From positions 1-64,000 of the IMG/VR virus record IMGVR_UViG_3300021399_000132: DNA of 64,000 nucleotides, one strand, 5' to 3'. The notes under the pieces were generated by a model. That model worked only from the letters and a program-made list of their open reading frames with translations. It was not told the DNA's origin and searched no databases. Position numbers and translations under genes: made by a program. The first letter of the stretch is position 1. The number at the start of each line of letters is the position of its first letter. Positions 44,554-55,430 of the stretch are shown here, one piece after another. The stretch is from a virus (taxonomy: Duplodnaviria; Caudoviricetes).

Positions 44554-46434
44554 TTATGTACTTGCCGCACTAAAGGTAATCGATAGACTGCTTCCCGGTG
44601 TTACGCATACCACTGAATTGTTTGCGTAAGATACCGTCCCCGCCAATGTGATTCGCACCCTGACAAAGTTTCCATCATAATCAACCTCAGACGTGCCAAG
44701 GTTGCCAATGTTTTGATTAGGCGTGCCAATGTACCCGCCACTTGCGTGACGAACCGTGATATCTCCAGCCACCGATGCAACCAGTCCGCTGCCGATGTGA
44801 TATGGCAATGGTATGCTGAATGCAATAACGTTATTCCCGGATGCATTCGTAGTTAAAAAGCCGGAGAACGTTGCAACATTCCCTGTGAATGCGTACACGT
44901 CGCCAGCAATAAACTCATTACGAAACGAATTGTATGCGTCATATGTCAAAACTGTAAATTGGTTGGGGTCATCTCTTCTATGGATATGGATGTCACCGAA
45001 TACGTCAAAGTGATTACTAAACATCGCAAATACAGGCAGATATTCATAAATCTGAATTGGCTGGGATCTAACGGTAGTTAACAAATCAGATACAACAAAT
45101 CTCACCGCACTTGAGGCAGTGTCGGAAAGATTGTTAAACAATTCACCAGTGTAATTCCAAACGCCATTCCCAACAACACTACTCGGAAGGACGGTCGGCC
45201 CCGTGTTAGGGTTGGTGTAATACACAGAAACGCTCAGTGTATTGTTCATCGCTCCCAGCGATGCGTTATACCATGTACCGCTCGTCGTTCCTACGACAGT
45301 CTCTGATGCATCCGCCGCGGTGCTTCTGTCGGCTGCTGACTGAGTAATCACAGGCGGATAATATCCGATAGTACGTATCTGTACAGGAATTGTTGTTTCA
45401 TAACCACGGTTATCGCGTGTAGAAACATACAAGTCTTGTGTGCCGTCGCCGAAATCACCTGTAAGTATCATCTCAATCTCACCCTGTTGATTGATCTCGG
45501 CTTTCGCCGTTTGATCGTTTAGCACGGCCACAGTGCGGCGTCTGGTAGTTCCATATCTACCTTCCGCTTCAACGATGACATGAATTTCTGATACGTTTGA
45601 AATGAATGCCCCACCTGTAATATCATCTAACGTATACTGCCCGTATTGATCATTTGCCTTTGCATCATAAATTCTCGTAATGGTAAGCGTAGGCCCGTGT
45701 ACCTCGTAATCAGTTACGGCTGTAAATGTCGCGGTCGAGGCGCCTAGCGCGGTCGAGCCTTTATACGTTCGACAAGAAATAGTAACAGTGCCGCTTGTTG
45801 CGTAGGGAATTGCGTTCAACACTTCAACCGGAACAACCCAGTCAATAGTTGTATTGGTTGTATTGTTGACAATTGTACCGCTGACATTACCAATACTATA
45901 AGTAAGAGTATCGGTATAGGTGGAAACCGCACGCCCTATAGTAATACGAATTGAATTCGTACCATCAACAAGTACTGATGTTTTGTCCAGTGTTAACGAA
46001 GACCCTCTTGGAATTGATGTCAGGTTCGTGGCAGCAGTCTGGACAGTAGAATTTGCCGGCGGATTCGACGTTCCGTCAGAAGTCCAATATGACAATGCAT
46101 AACCAGAAAGCGTCCCATCATTTTTATGCGCGACAGTAAGTGTTCCACTCACTGTCAAGTTCCCGCCAATTTCTATTGCTTTGGTTGACGTAATCGCGAC
46201 ACGGGTTCCCTTGGAGTTCGCTCCGTCATCAAACCAATAAATACTTAGCCAGTTGTCGGTTGCGCTTCCGAACCCTGCGCCGTTTGATGTCATACTGGCA
46301 GTGAATGTTAAAGACGAGGTGTTGTTTGCTGTATCAGTCGAGTTTTCTTTGAAATAAACATAATGTGTATATGGATAAGACGATGGATACACCGGTGCAT
46401 ATACACTTCTGCTTTTGCTTGCTTCAGCCGCCAT
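44554..46434 (-). CDS. siphovirus minor tail / receptor-binding-like protein
   Basis: V.H..DGT...TL..IPR.S...R......TL.Y..G...GTI (DUF859/Gp37-like pattern). Confidence 0.65.
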   Translation of the reverse strand: MAAEASKSRSVYAPVYPSSYPYTHYVYFKENSTDTANNTSSLTFTASMTSNGAGFGSATDNWLSIYWFDDGANSKGTRVAITSTKAIEIGGNLTVSGTLTVAHKNDGTLSGYALSYWTSDGTSNPPANSTVQTAATNLTSIPRGSSLTLDKTSVLVDGTNSIRITIGRAVSTYTDTLTYSIGNVSGTIVNNTTNTTIDWVVPVEVLNAIPYATSGTVTISCRTYKGSTALGASTATFTAVTDYEVHGPTLTITRIYDAKANDQYGQYTLDDITGGAFISNVSEIHVIVEAEGRYGTTRRRTVAVLNDQTAKAEINQQGEIEMILTGDFGDGTQDLYVSTRDNRGYETTIPVQIRTIGYYPPVITQSAADRSTAADASETVVGTTSGTWYNASLGAMNNTLSVSVYYTNPNTGPTVLPSSVVGNGVWNYTGELFNNLSDTASSAVRFVVSDLLTTVRSQPIQIYEYLPVFAMFSNHFDVFGDIHIHRRDDPNQFTVLTYDAYNSFRNEFIAGDVYAFTGNVATFSGFLTTNASGNNVIAFSIPLPYHIGSGLVASVAGDITVRHASGGYIGTPNQNIGNLGTSEVDYDGNFVRVRITLAGTVSYANNSVVCVTPGSSLSITFSAAST

Positions 46435-49400
46435 TAACTACCACTCCCTTCTTCGCTTGTTGTATTTGTATTAATCCAGTACCATCCGATGCCATGTTCC
46501 TGGTCGGCGGAGCTGTAATAAACTTTCATTGTCGAAAGGTACCCTTGGCCAGAATCGTAGGTGAACAGCTCAGTTGCTTTGAATCTCGCCGCTTCAACCT
46601 CGCCGTCTTTGGCTTTCATGACTGTCTTAATTACTTCATTGCCATGCTCATCCTCAGTTACCTCACGAACCTCGAGGCCAGTGCCGTCAATAAACGATTC
46701 AGTCGTACTCTCGCTTGTCTTAACATGCAGACCATTTTCATCAAGCCATGTTTTTGCATATTTAATGTCTTCACCGAATTCGTCTCGGACAGTTTCTGTA
46801 ACTTGTGCGGTGATGGCCTCAGCGTCGATATTAATTGATGCGATCTTCTCAGTAAGCTCAAGTTCTTTCTGATCAATCTTGCCATCAAGACGTCTAATCT
46901 CTTCTACATTGGAAGACACGCTGCTTGCTGTCAGAGTGATTCTGCTGTCAAGCTGTTCGATGTTGGTTGAGTTCCTTGTTGTCTCGATCCATACACGACT
47001 GAGTAATGTATCGACATACGGATCACTGTACACAATTGTTCCGTCGCTATATTCGGTGCCGACCCGTCTCCAGTAATAATGATCTTCGACGTATTCGGGC
47101 GGCGTTTCACTCCAATCAATAGAGATGGACGGATATATACTAGAGCCCACAATTGTTTCGGTGCTCGGATAAATAATTGGTGTGATTACCTCTGTGGAAC
47201 CACTAATCGTGTATTCATACCAGACTCTAACGACACTAATCCCGCTTTCGCCGTCTTTACCTGTCGCTCCAGTGATATCTTCAATGGCCTTGATCTCGGT
47301 CTCACCGCTATCATGTGTTACGACTGTTTTGCGCCACACTCTCTGACCATCTTCCCAAGAAACGGGGAACGTGCTAGACCAGTCGGCGTCTGAGGCGTTT
47401 GGCGATACACCAAAATCACGTACACAGTACGTATATGCCGTGTCAACGATTGTGTCTTTGAGTCTTGCGTCAATGCTATCGACCTCGGAAGCAATCTTTC
47501 CATCTATGATAGTGAATAGGTCATTTCCGTCATTGTCTTTAATGACAAGCTGATTACCGATAATCAGATCACCAATGATTGTCTCAGCATTAATACCGTA
47601 AGTCGTTGAGCCGTCGCCGAGCATGATCTCGCCGATTGCAACCTTACAGGATTCCCATGCGTCATCTGTAAAGACAAGACTCTTACCAGTTAGTTTTACC
47701 TGCCGCGGGTCGTATTCATCTTCGCTGATCTTCTCTCGGCCTGTGTAACCGGAGCCATCGATCGTTACTTCCTGATTCGTAGACGAAAGGGCGGCATCCA
47801 TTGTAAGATCGCGTGATGCCTGAATCTGCTCACGCATCTTATTGAACTGACCGCTCTTGATTGGATATACAGTATCCTTCAGATAGCTGATCGAATTTGC
47901 AGATTTATTAATACCGCCAAGCACATTCTCGAATAACGTTTTGGGATCGTATTTGTTAAATCGATTTCCAAAAGTCATTGACAGTGCGTGGTCGTCATAG
48001 TTGATTGTTATGTTTGTTAAAAAGAGCTGAGCAACATCATCAGCGTCCAGCTCGACATTAATCAGGCACCCGGTCTCCAGCTCTTCTGACCATCTCTCGA
48101 ATTCCTTGGCAAAGACGAAGTTCTCCGCATCAATCGTGAACTGCTGAGTCGGCTTACATATACGTGCAAGCTGTGACTTGGCACGGTCATACAGAGTCTT
48201 CATCTGCTCGAACTGCTCGAGCGGTGTCATGGTCTCTGTAATAATTACATACTCATCGCTATAGCTTCCCTCAAAGATGTAATAGTAGAGCTCTTCAAAT
48301 TCTTCCTGCGTGAAGTAGGTTTCAAAAGAAACCTCGTCGACAATCGCCTTGATTGAAGTTTCAAGTTCATCAAGCTCTGCATTAGCGTCATCCAGATCTC
48401 CGTTCAATTCGTCAATTTGGCTCTGACATTGGATAATAAGCGCATCAATCTGATCGAGCATTGACTGGATATTTTCAGTGATGGGTACAGCCGTGCCACC
48501 ATTCTCCTGAATAACCTTATTGTATTCGTTGAGAGCGTAGCCGCTGGAACCAGCAACTATATTGTCTCTGAGCCTGCGATAAGCTGTGATCTGAGTCTGT
48601 AACTGTTGGACAGAGTGGGACGCGGTCGAACATTCTCCAAGCTTTGTATAGTACTGCAGGCTTAGGTTGTAGTATTCCTGCTCTTTGTTTGCAACAAGAG
48701 CCTGCCATGTTCTTACCTTGGCAGCGAGCGAATCGCTCATCCAGTCAATATAATATGAGAAGTCGTAGATCGTATTGATACCGAGCGGGTTGACTGCGCC
48801 GATAGTGACATTCTCACCGCCGATGACACTGATTGCAGTGTATACATCACCGCCATTTTCTTCGATATTCAATGTATCGATCATGTCATCTTTTGTAAGG
48901 TGAATGCTCGTCATCCTTACATAATTATGCTGGTCATATACATTGATTACGCGATTGATAATGTCAAAGACAAATATACATTCATAAGCGTCCTGCATGT
49001 CCTGCAGCATGAATGACAGAACGTTCGCATCAACAGAGACATCTTCGAATGTCCTCCATCTTTCTGCGACCGCCTGATCGATAGTTCCAATACTCCAAAT
49101 CGGGAGCAGTGCGACCAATGTATCGATCAGCCCGGTAGTCTCAGATGTTGGCTGAGTCGTGAAGGGGTAGGTGCCGTCTTCAATATATGGGATCTTCTTC
49201 TGTTCGATCTCCGACTCGGCAGAGTGGGCAGTGACGTCAATATAATCCGTGTGCCCATCAAAGCCGATAGTAATATCAGAGATGACAAAGAAACCAATAT
49301 TATCAACGAACACCAGCCTTTTGTTCTTAATAGCTCTATATAAAAACGCCGCATGGGCGTTACGTTCACTATCATCGTGTTCTACTTTATAAACACGAAA

Positions 49401-49571
49401 GTTTAGGTCGGATGTCGAATTGAAATTGAAAACAATTTCTTCTGAATCATAATCGGTCAGATACCCGAGGCAGTTGGTTAGACATCCGTTGGAGTCAATT
49501 CTCGCCCCGGGATTGCACAATGCCAATTTTGGCTTCTCAAAACGATCGAGCGAGTTATAACTTACAATCAC
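46434..49571 (-). CDS. baseplate hub / tail-tip (Tal-like) protein
   Basis: Follows Dit; hub-like N-terminus, coiled coil, GINAETIIGDLI.G, beta repeats. Confidence 0.7.
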   Translation of the reverse strand: MIVSYNSLDRFEKPKLALCNPGARIDSNGCLTNCLGYLTDYDSEEIVFNFNSTSDLNFRVYKVEHDDSERNAHAAFLYRAIKNKRLVFVDNIGFFVISDITIGFDGHTDYIDVTAHSAESEIEQKKIPYIEDGTYPFTTQPTSETTGLIDTLVALLPIWSIGTIDQAVAERWRTFEDVSVDANVLSFMLQDMQDAYECIFVFDIINRVINVYDQHNYVRMTSIHLTKDDMIDTLNIEENGGDVYTAISVIGGENVTIGAVNPLGINTIYDFSYYIDWMSDSLAAKVRTWQALVANKEQEYYNLSLQYYTKLGECSTASHSVQQLQTQITAYRRLRDNIVAGSSGYALNEYNKVIQENGGTAVPITENIQSMLDQIDALIIQCQSQIDELNGDLDDANAELDELETSIKAIVDEVSFETYFTQEEFEELYYYIFEGSYSDEYVIITETMTPLEQFEQMKTLYDRAKSQLARICKPTQQFTIDAENFVFAKEFERWSEELETGCLINVELDADDVAQLFLTNITINYDDHALSMTFGNRFNKYDPKTLFENVLGGINKSANSISYLKDTVYPIKSGQFNKMREQIQASRDLTMDAALSSTNQEVTIDGSGYTGREKISEDEYDPRQVKLTGKSLVFTDDAWESCKVAIGEIMLGDGSTTYGINAETIIGDLIIGNQLVIKDNDGNDLFTIIDGKIASEVDSIDARLKDTIVDTAYTYCVRDFGVSPNASDADWSSTFPVSWEDGQRVWRKTVVTHDSGETEIKAIEDITGATGKDGESGISVVRVWYEYTISGSTEVITPIIYPSTETIVGSSIYPSISIDWSETPPEYVEDHYYWRRVGTEYSDGTIVYSDPYVDTLLSRVWIETTRNSTNIEQLDSRITLTASSVSSNVEEIRRLDGKIDQKELELTEKIASINIDAEAITAQVTETVRDEFGEDIKYAKTWLDENGLHVKTSESTTESFIDGTGLEVREVTEDEHGNEVIKTVMKAKDGEVEAARFKATELFTYDSGQGYLSTMKVYYSSADQEHGIGWYWINTNTTSEEGSGS

Positions 49572-50803
49572 CGGAAGTTCCTCCTGTTATTGTATCTGAC
49601 TGTAACCGACTGGACATCACCACTTATTGCAAGATCGTTGTTACCATTCAATAAGCGGGGGAAATTCTGATTGGAGAACTTAAGGTAATACTGCCCGCTG
49701 ATATAGTTGTAGCTGCTGTCAATTACGATAGTTGCTCCAGCCGCAACATCAACGAAAGAGGTGCGTCTTGTCGTGCTGTCTGTGTAGTTCGTGATAGAGA
49801 AATCGCCACCGGTACTGCCTAATACCACAGTAATCTCGGGGTATGTGTAATCATCAATATCCGTATCAATAGTGACATTAATATGTGTAATGCTTCCCTC
49901 GGTTGAGTTATCGACCGCGAACGTTTCGGTGACCTGTTCTTGAATCCAGTATCCGCTTGAAGCTTCGAGCGTTGCTCTGTATCCAATAATACCGCCGTTA
50001 TATTCCAGTACCGTTGGATTGATGAACCTACATTCAAGATAGATATCCTTCGGTTCGCCGTTTATATACTCGACGTCTGCTCCGCTGATAAACACCTTAT
50101 AGACATTAATGGCGTTTCTGATCTGCATTGAGGTAGATGCCTCGTTTGAAAGAACATCATAAGTATACGAAAGCACCGAACAAGTAATAGACATTGAACT
50201 TGATTCGCTTGCCGCTTTGATTACGAATGTCCTGTCAAACGAATTCGGATTGCACTCCGCAGTTTTGACGAAAAAGCCTCTCGCATTTTCATCAGTAAGT
50301 GCTACGTCACCATCAATTGTAAAGGTAAAGTTGCTTGCGCTGTATCCATCCTCGAATTCGAAGTAAACATACAAAGCGCTTGGCGGAGTTGATGAACTTA
50401 ATGCGAGCGAATAGCCCTTGATACCACCAACAGACCCGCTCACAATAGCTCGGTAGGGGAACACCTCTCCAACACCGATCGAATCGCAGTCATATGCTGG
50501 ATTGATATATAGTTTCCTGTAGCGGTGTCTGTTAAACAGCCACCTTTCAATGTTGTGTCTTTCGGCACGAGAAAGGGTACTGCCGTCGCCGGTAACAATA
50601 TCTATATCGAATGAAAGAGGAGACTCTGAATAATCATCATCGATAAGATAATTTCGTTTGCCGTTTTTATTAAAGATCTTCACTCCAGAAATTGTTCCGG
50701 CGACTTGGGCGAATCGATCCGTCTCTACGTTTGCAAAAATAAGGTCGTAGGGCTTGGATGACAGGCCACCATATGTGAAGTGTGATCCATAAATATCTGC
50801 CAT
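49568..50803 (-). CDS. distal tail protein (Dit) with inserted domain
   Basis: Directly after TMP; F.YGG.SS..Y.L, PLSF.I, FPRL..G.N; 411 aa suggests an insertion. Confidence 0.7.
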   Translation of the reverse strand: MADIYGSHFTYGGLSSKPYDLIFANVETDRFAQVAGTISGVKIFNKNGKRNYLIDDDYSESPLSFDIDIVTGDGSTLSRAERHNIERWLFNRHRYRKLYINPAYDCDSIGVGEVFPYRAIVSGSVGGIKGYSLALSSSTPPSALYVYFEFEDGYSASNFTFTIDGDVALTDENARGFFVKTAECNPNSFDRTFVIKAASESSSMSITCSVLSYTYDVLSNEASTSMQIRNAINVYKVFISGADVEYINGEPKDIYLECRFINPTVLEYNGGIIGYRATLEASSGYWIQEQVTETFAVDNSTEGSITHINVTIDTDIDDYTYPEITVVLGSTGGDFSITNYTDSTTRRTSFVDVAAGATIVIDSSYNYISGQYYLKFSNQNFPRLLNGNNDLAISGDVQSVTVRYNNRRNFR

Positions 50804-50909
50804 AGCTCTTCAGGCTCCTTTCTAAAAGTGTGATTTTAAAAATAAAAAGTACCCGATAGGGCATAGGTTGTCGGCGGTATTTCTACCACCGACAACCTTT
50901 GTTGAATTA

Positions 50910-53900
50910 TTAATGAGCATTCCTGTAAAGAACACCATTGTATCTGCTGAACGCTTTGAGAACATCGTTGATCTGTTCGCGCTGTGCACGACGAATATCG
51001 GAAACCGTCTGCTGATCCGTATTGCCATTGATAATAATATCGCCCATTGAAATATCAATTGGCTGATTGACTGTACCAATGTTGCGGAATGTGTCAGACG
51101 CGGCGCCTTTCATCTTGTCAAGGATCTCTGCTCCAGCCATCGCGAAGTCATACAAGAAATTCGTTGCCTTAGCATTGAGAACCTTTTCGCCGCCAGAGAA
51201 CATACGATACGTATTACCGTCTCCAGATTTGAAGATCGCCTCGTTACCTTCTTCGTTAATCCTATGAAGGCCAGGTGTGGCACTCTTTGTTCCTTTCTTA
51301 TATCCAACGATATCAGACTTGTAGATCCATCCCGTATAAACGCCATCACGTCCAATAAGGACTTCGTTGCCGCTTGTCTGATAGACGGTATAACGGCCGC
51401 CCGGTACAAATGACGCCATGCGTACACCGCCACTCTTAGGGCTGAAGTGTGTCGCCGACGGTTTGACCTGCACTGTAGAACCAGACGAAAGAGAAGGGGC
51501 AGAAGCGTTGCTCGATTGATTGCTATTGCCACCGCCGTTATTATTTCCAGCACCAGCGCTGTTCCCGTTGCCGTTTCCAACCTGAGAACCTGCACCAGTC
51601 GGAATCTTATATCCGGTATAGTTGCCAATCTTCGCATCGTTATAATACGAACCGAAGATAGACTTAAATGCCTCACTGTTCTTGAATGCTTCTTCCCACA
51701 TCTTGATGATGGTGGCGTCATCGCCGTCACCATACTTACGGTTAAAGAGAAGGAACGCTTTGAACAAGTCCTCAGTGTTGCCCTTAATATCTTTAAGAGC
51801 TTGATTGTAGAGAGTATTAGGATCGTTGATCAACTCGTCGATCGCATCGATTTCCTTATTCAGCTTTTCTTCTTCGGCCTTATAAGTATCATCGAGAGCG
51901 TTAAGCGCCTGCTCGAGAGCACGTTCATCTTCGAATTCCTGCAGGTCTTCTTCGGCCTTAGACAGTTCTTCAAGCAATTCCTGCCTACGCTTCTGAGCCC
52001 AAGCCGAATTATCAAACTGAAGCTGTGCAAGCTGACTTCTGATATCATCAACAGCCTGACGTTTTTCATTCTGTTCCTTGATGTACTTAGTTTCGTCCTG
52101 CTGTTTCTGAAGCATTTCTTTCTGCTTGTCATAGAAATCCTTCAGGTCATCGAGTTGCTTTTTAAGAGAATCTTTCTGATCTTCCTGCTGCTGTTTAAGC
52201 ATCTTGACTCGATACTCAACCAACGCATCGAATGTAGACTTTGCAGCCTCTTTGATCTGATTGAAGCCATTATAAACTTCTTCCTCGTATTTATAGAACT
52301 CATCAAGGGTGATGATGCCTTCGTTGTACGCCTGCTTATAAGCTTTGTCTAACCACTTAAGGAAGTCAGCAGTGGTCTCCTTGTCCATATTGACATAGTG
52401 CTGATGAAGCTTGTACTGCTTTTCAAACCACGTCTCTTCTTTTTTGGAAGAATCGGAGCCGGAACCACCGCCACCGCCGCCGCCACCGCCACTAGAACCA
52501 CCTGACGAACTCGGTTTGTAATTCTTGATACCGCTTAACGCGGAGTTACGCAAACTCTCCAAAGCACTAATCTGCCCATTAATTGCACCGATTGCACTAG
52601 TATAGCCGCTAATGTCGGCTTTGATATTTGAGATCAAGTTTTGAAGATCGACGTTAGTACGGTTACTTGCTCTGAGCTCCGCATTAACAAGAGCCTTTTT
52701 GTTGACCGCTTTATTGAAATTATTCACATGCGCCGATCCGGCTCCACCATCATCATAAACATTACCAGCCTCATTTCCACTTCCAATGCCACGCACAGCC
52801 TTTGCTGCCTCATGTGCGTGCATTACCACTTTATTAATGTTGGTGTTCATGAGTTGGGTGTTTGCATCAAGTGAGCTAGCACTACTCTCGGAGGCTGAAT
52901 CAAAATTGGCTGCGATGCTTTCAGCAGCGTCGCCAACATTACCATCGAAAATGTCAGTGTTGTCAGACATCTGTTGCAAAGCCATCTGATAAGCTGTGGC
53001 CTCGTCGTAACCCATTTGGATAAGAGCGTTGACAACCTTGTTAGAATTATCGATTCTATTTTTTAATTGCGCTACTGTAATAGCATCCTCGCCTTTTGCA
53101 ACCGATTCAGCCATTTGCAACTGCCCAACCGCAAATGCCTTTTTTGCTTCCAAGACAGCAGCATCCGCCTTCAGTTCTTCGATCTTAGCATCGATTGAAG
53201 AATTGATTTCCTGCTCTTTACCTTCAATAAATGAGTTTACGGTAGCTTCATTTAACTGAAGTTGGCCTTCTGCTGTAATAGTTGCATTATCGAGAATAGA
53301 AGGATAGGCAGCCGCAAGTTCCATGGCCTTCTGAGTGTCGACTACAAAGCCATCTGCTATAAGATCCTGTACCGAATTAACCGCCTGTAAGGAGTTTGTG
53401 ACATCGTCAACAACCTCCTTGACACTTTTAAATGCCTCATGCACCGAATTCAATGCGTCGGCCCCGCTCGAAATGTTGCTGAAAACTCCTTGGATATTAT
53501 CGGAGAATCTATCCAATCCATTCTGCTGACTGAGGAAATTGTCAACAACGTCTGTTGCCTCAGCCATAGAGCCGGAGAATTCCTTTGAAGACATTACAGT
53601 CTCGATCAACTGATTACGAAGATTGTAGTACTCGGCGGCAGTTTGTGGAATCTGACTGTTTAAATAGTTTTGCTGCAGTTCATTAGTCAGAAGATTTTGA
53701 AGCGCTGTATTATAGGCGCTAACAGCCGGCTCCATCTGGGTATACAGGTCGTAAATGTCCTGATATACTGCTGTATTGGCGTTCCCGTCGTCAACAAGCA
53801 ATTGCATCATCGAATGTAATTGCTGATATGCATTAAGAACATCTTCGTATGAAGATATGTCACCAAAGTCATACGCAAATGTCCCCGATTTGGCGGTGTT

Positions 53901-55148
53901 GGAAGCACCCTTAACATAGCCAGCCTTTTGTAGCGCCGCAATCGCATCCAAGTTACCCTGCGCGTTATCGTTACCCCAGCTAACCCGCCGCACATCTTGA
54001 TACCTTCCAAAACTTTCAGTGGTCAAGTTTTCTCTGGAAGCATTGAGCGCACCTGTCAAAGTATTTTGCTTGGACTTGAGTTGTTCGGTCGTAGCATGTC
54101 TAATTGCCTCTTCGTAATTTCCATATTCACGAATCAGCTCCTCGACCTCCGATCGTTCTAGCCCAAGACGACTAATGATTTCATCTCTTGCTTCTAAAAC
54201 TTCACCGTTATCACTACTCACCTGGGCAAGTTCCATATACTTGTCAACAAGGTCGACCAGTTCATCACCCTCGGTGGCCGCCGCTTCACCAAGTCTTATG
54301 GATTCCTCCCGCGCCTCTGCCTGTGCATTTTTGACTTTTGTTATAACTGCAACGAGAGCAGAAGCCGCTACTAGCGCAAGTCCAAACGCGCCAGCAGTTG
54401 AAGCTACCGCGGTGCCCGTAGATGTGGCCCCGGCTTTAACCATATCGAGCGTCGTTACGACGCCAAGGCCGGTTATCTTCATTGTACTAAAAGCCGATGT
54501 AATCGAGCCAATAATACCCACTGCCGCGGTGCCAATCGCACTTAACGCGCTGGCGAACAAAGCCGGTTTAAAAACAAGTAAAAGCCCAGCCACAGTTGTG
54601 AGAATCGGTATCAATCCGCCAGCCGATTTAATGAATTTTGTGATGGCATTGCCGGCATTGAGTAGGGCGGTGCCGAAGTCAACAACTGATTTAAGCAGGT
54701 CGCTGTCAACAATAGTGTGCGATAAATCCTGGAACGCTGATTTAAACTGATTTAAATGAGCAGTCGTCGTATCCATGTAAATATTATTTGCACGGGCCGC
54801 CGCTCCAGCGGATTCCTGCGCTGTCACAAGAGCGTTCTGTGCATCTTTCCAGTTGCTGATGATAGATGCAATTACCTGAAGCTGTCTTGTACCACCAAGA
54901 ATTTCAGCCGTTCGAGCCTGCTGCGTATCAGTAAGGGTACCCCACACCCTGGCTATCTCGTTCATGATGTCGTACAAATCTTTAAACTGATTTGTAGTTC
55001 CTTCCACCATGATGTCAACGCCGGTGATTGCCTTCAGTTCTTTAGCGTATTTAGAGAATCCATCAGCAAGATCTTTTGTGTCCTCGCCCAATTCCTCGAG
55101 GTCGGTCTTTGAACCTCTGATTCGGGCGGAGATTGTTTTTAATGCTGT
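50910..55148 (-). CDS. tape measure protein, exon 2
   Basis: Resumes at ACA GCA TTA AAA (TALKTISARIRG); long helical/TM region; GT...G..L..E.G.E C-terminus. Confidence 0.9.
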   Translation of the reverse strand, partial: TALKTISARIRGSKTDLEELGEDTKDLADGFSKYAKELKAITGVDIMVEGTTNQFKDLYDIMNEIARVWGTLTDTQQARTAEILGGTRQLQVIASIISNWKDAQNALVTAQESAGAAARANNIYMDTTTAHLNQFKSAFQDLSHTIVDSDLLKSVVDFGTALLNAGNAITKFIKSAGGLIPILTTVAGLLLVFKPALFASALSAIGTAAVGIIGSITSAFSTMKITGLGVVTTLDMVKAGATSTGTAVASTAGAFGLALVAASALVAVITKVKNAQAEAREESIRLGEAAATEGDELVDLVDKYMELAQVSSDNGEVLEARDEIISRLGLERSEVEELIREYGNYEEAIRHATTEQLKSKQNTLTGALNASRENLTTESFGRYQDVRRVSWGNDNAQGNLDAIAALQKAGYVKGASNTAKSGTFAYDFGDISSYEDVLNAYQQLHSMMQLLVDDGNANTAVYQDIYDLYTQMEPAVSAYNTALQNLLTNELQQNYLNSQIPQTAAEYYNLRNQLIETVMSSKEFSGSMAEATDVVDNFLSQQNGLDRFSDNIQGVFSNISSGADALNSVHEAFKSVKEVVDDVTNSLQAVNSVQDLIADGFVVDTQKAMELAAAYPSILDNATITAEGQLQLNEATVNSFIEGKEQEINSSIDAKIEELKADAAVLEAKKAFAVGQLQMAESVAKGEDAITVAQLKNRIDNSNKVVNALIQMGYDEATAYQMALQQMSDNTDIFDGNVGDAAESIAANFDSASESSASSLDANTQLMNTNINKVVMHAHEAAKAVRGIGSGNEAGNVYDDGGAGSAHVNNFNKAVNKKALVNAELRASNRTNVDLQNLISNIKADISGYTSAIGAINGQISALESLRNSALSGIKNYKPSSSGGSSGGGGGGGGGSGSDSSKKEETWFEKQYKLHQHYVNMDKETTADFLKWLDKAYKQAYNEGIITLDEFYKYEEEVYNGFNQIKEAAKSTFDALVEYRVKMLKQQQEDQKDSLKKQLDDLKDFYDKQKEMLQKQQDETKYIKEQNEKRQAVDDIRSQLAQLQFDNSAWAQKRRQELLEELSKAEEDLQEFEDERALEQALNALDDTYKAEEEKLNKEIDAIDELINDPNTLYNQALKDIKGNTEDLFKAFLLFNRKYGDGDDATIIKMWEEAFKNSEAFKSIFGSYYNDAKIGNYTGYKIPTGAGSQVGNGNGNSAGAGNNNGGGNSNQSSNASAPSLSSGSTVQVKPSATHFSPKSGGVRMASFVPGGRYTVYQTSGNEVLIGRDGVYTGWIYKSDIVGYKKGTKSATPGLHRINEEGNEAIFKSGDGNTYRMFSGGEKVLNAKATNFLYDFAMAGAEILDKMKGAASDTFRNIGTVNQPIDISMGDIIINGNTDQQTVSDIRRAQREQINDVLKAFSRYNGVLYRNAH

Positions 55149-55430
55149 CAATCTGTTACTTTTATGACCATTACAAAAATGGCGGGCAAGTCTTTCGGCT
55201 TGCCTCTCACGTTTCACAATGAGATTATTGCGTGAGTTCAGACTGTATATTCATCCCCATTAGATAGGGGAGGAGAACTTCAGGATGCACGTCGCCGCGC
55301 AACCCCTGCAGTCGTTACGGATACAAAGCTAGAATGTGGCTTTGTCTTTCCTCGGTCTCCGCTGTCTCCAGCCTTTGACCGATATAGTTCTCAACTAAGC
55401 ATACATTACTGTATGCATGGGCAAAACTTT
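55149..55430 (-). ncRNA. ORF-less group I intron (282 nt) in the tape measure gene
   Basis: P1 GTGGGT/GCCCAT with U-G at the 5' splice site, P2 GCATAC/GTATGC, P3 GAGAACT/AGTTCTC, P4 TCGGT/ACCGA, P5 GCTG/CAGC, P6a ACAAAGC/GCTTTGT, P7 GACTG/CAGTC, P8 CCCC/GGGG, P9 stems, terminal G; removal restores the frame STVG|TALK. Confidence 0.92.

Noticed and set aside
36338-46434. Diversity-generating retroelement acting on fibre genes
   Set aside because: No reverse transcriptase and no template/variable repeat pair differing at adenines was seen; the duplications are diverged protein repeats.
38514-53726. Extra GCTGTTAGCG matches at 38514 and 53717 (minus strand)
   Set aside because: Inside CDSs as Ala-Val-Ser codons, without the flanking stem or GGCT/AGT ends.
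55149-55217. ORF-track start for a 1435-aa protein at 55217
   Set aside because: The first 23 codons lie within intron P9 stems; the real reading resumes at 55148 after splicing.
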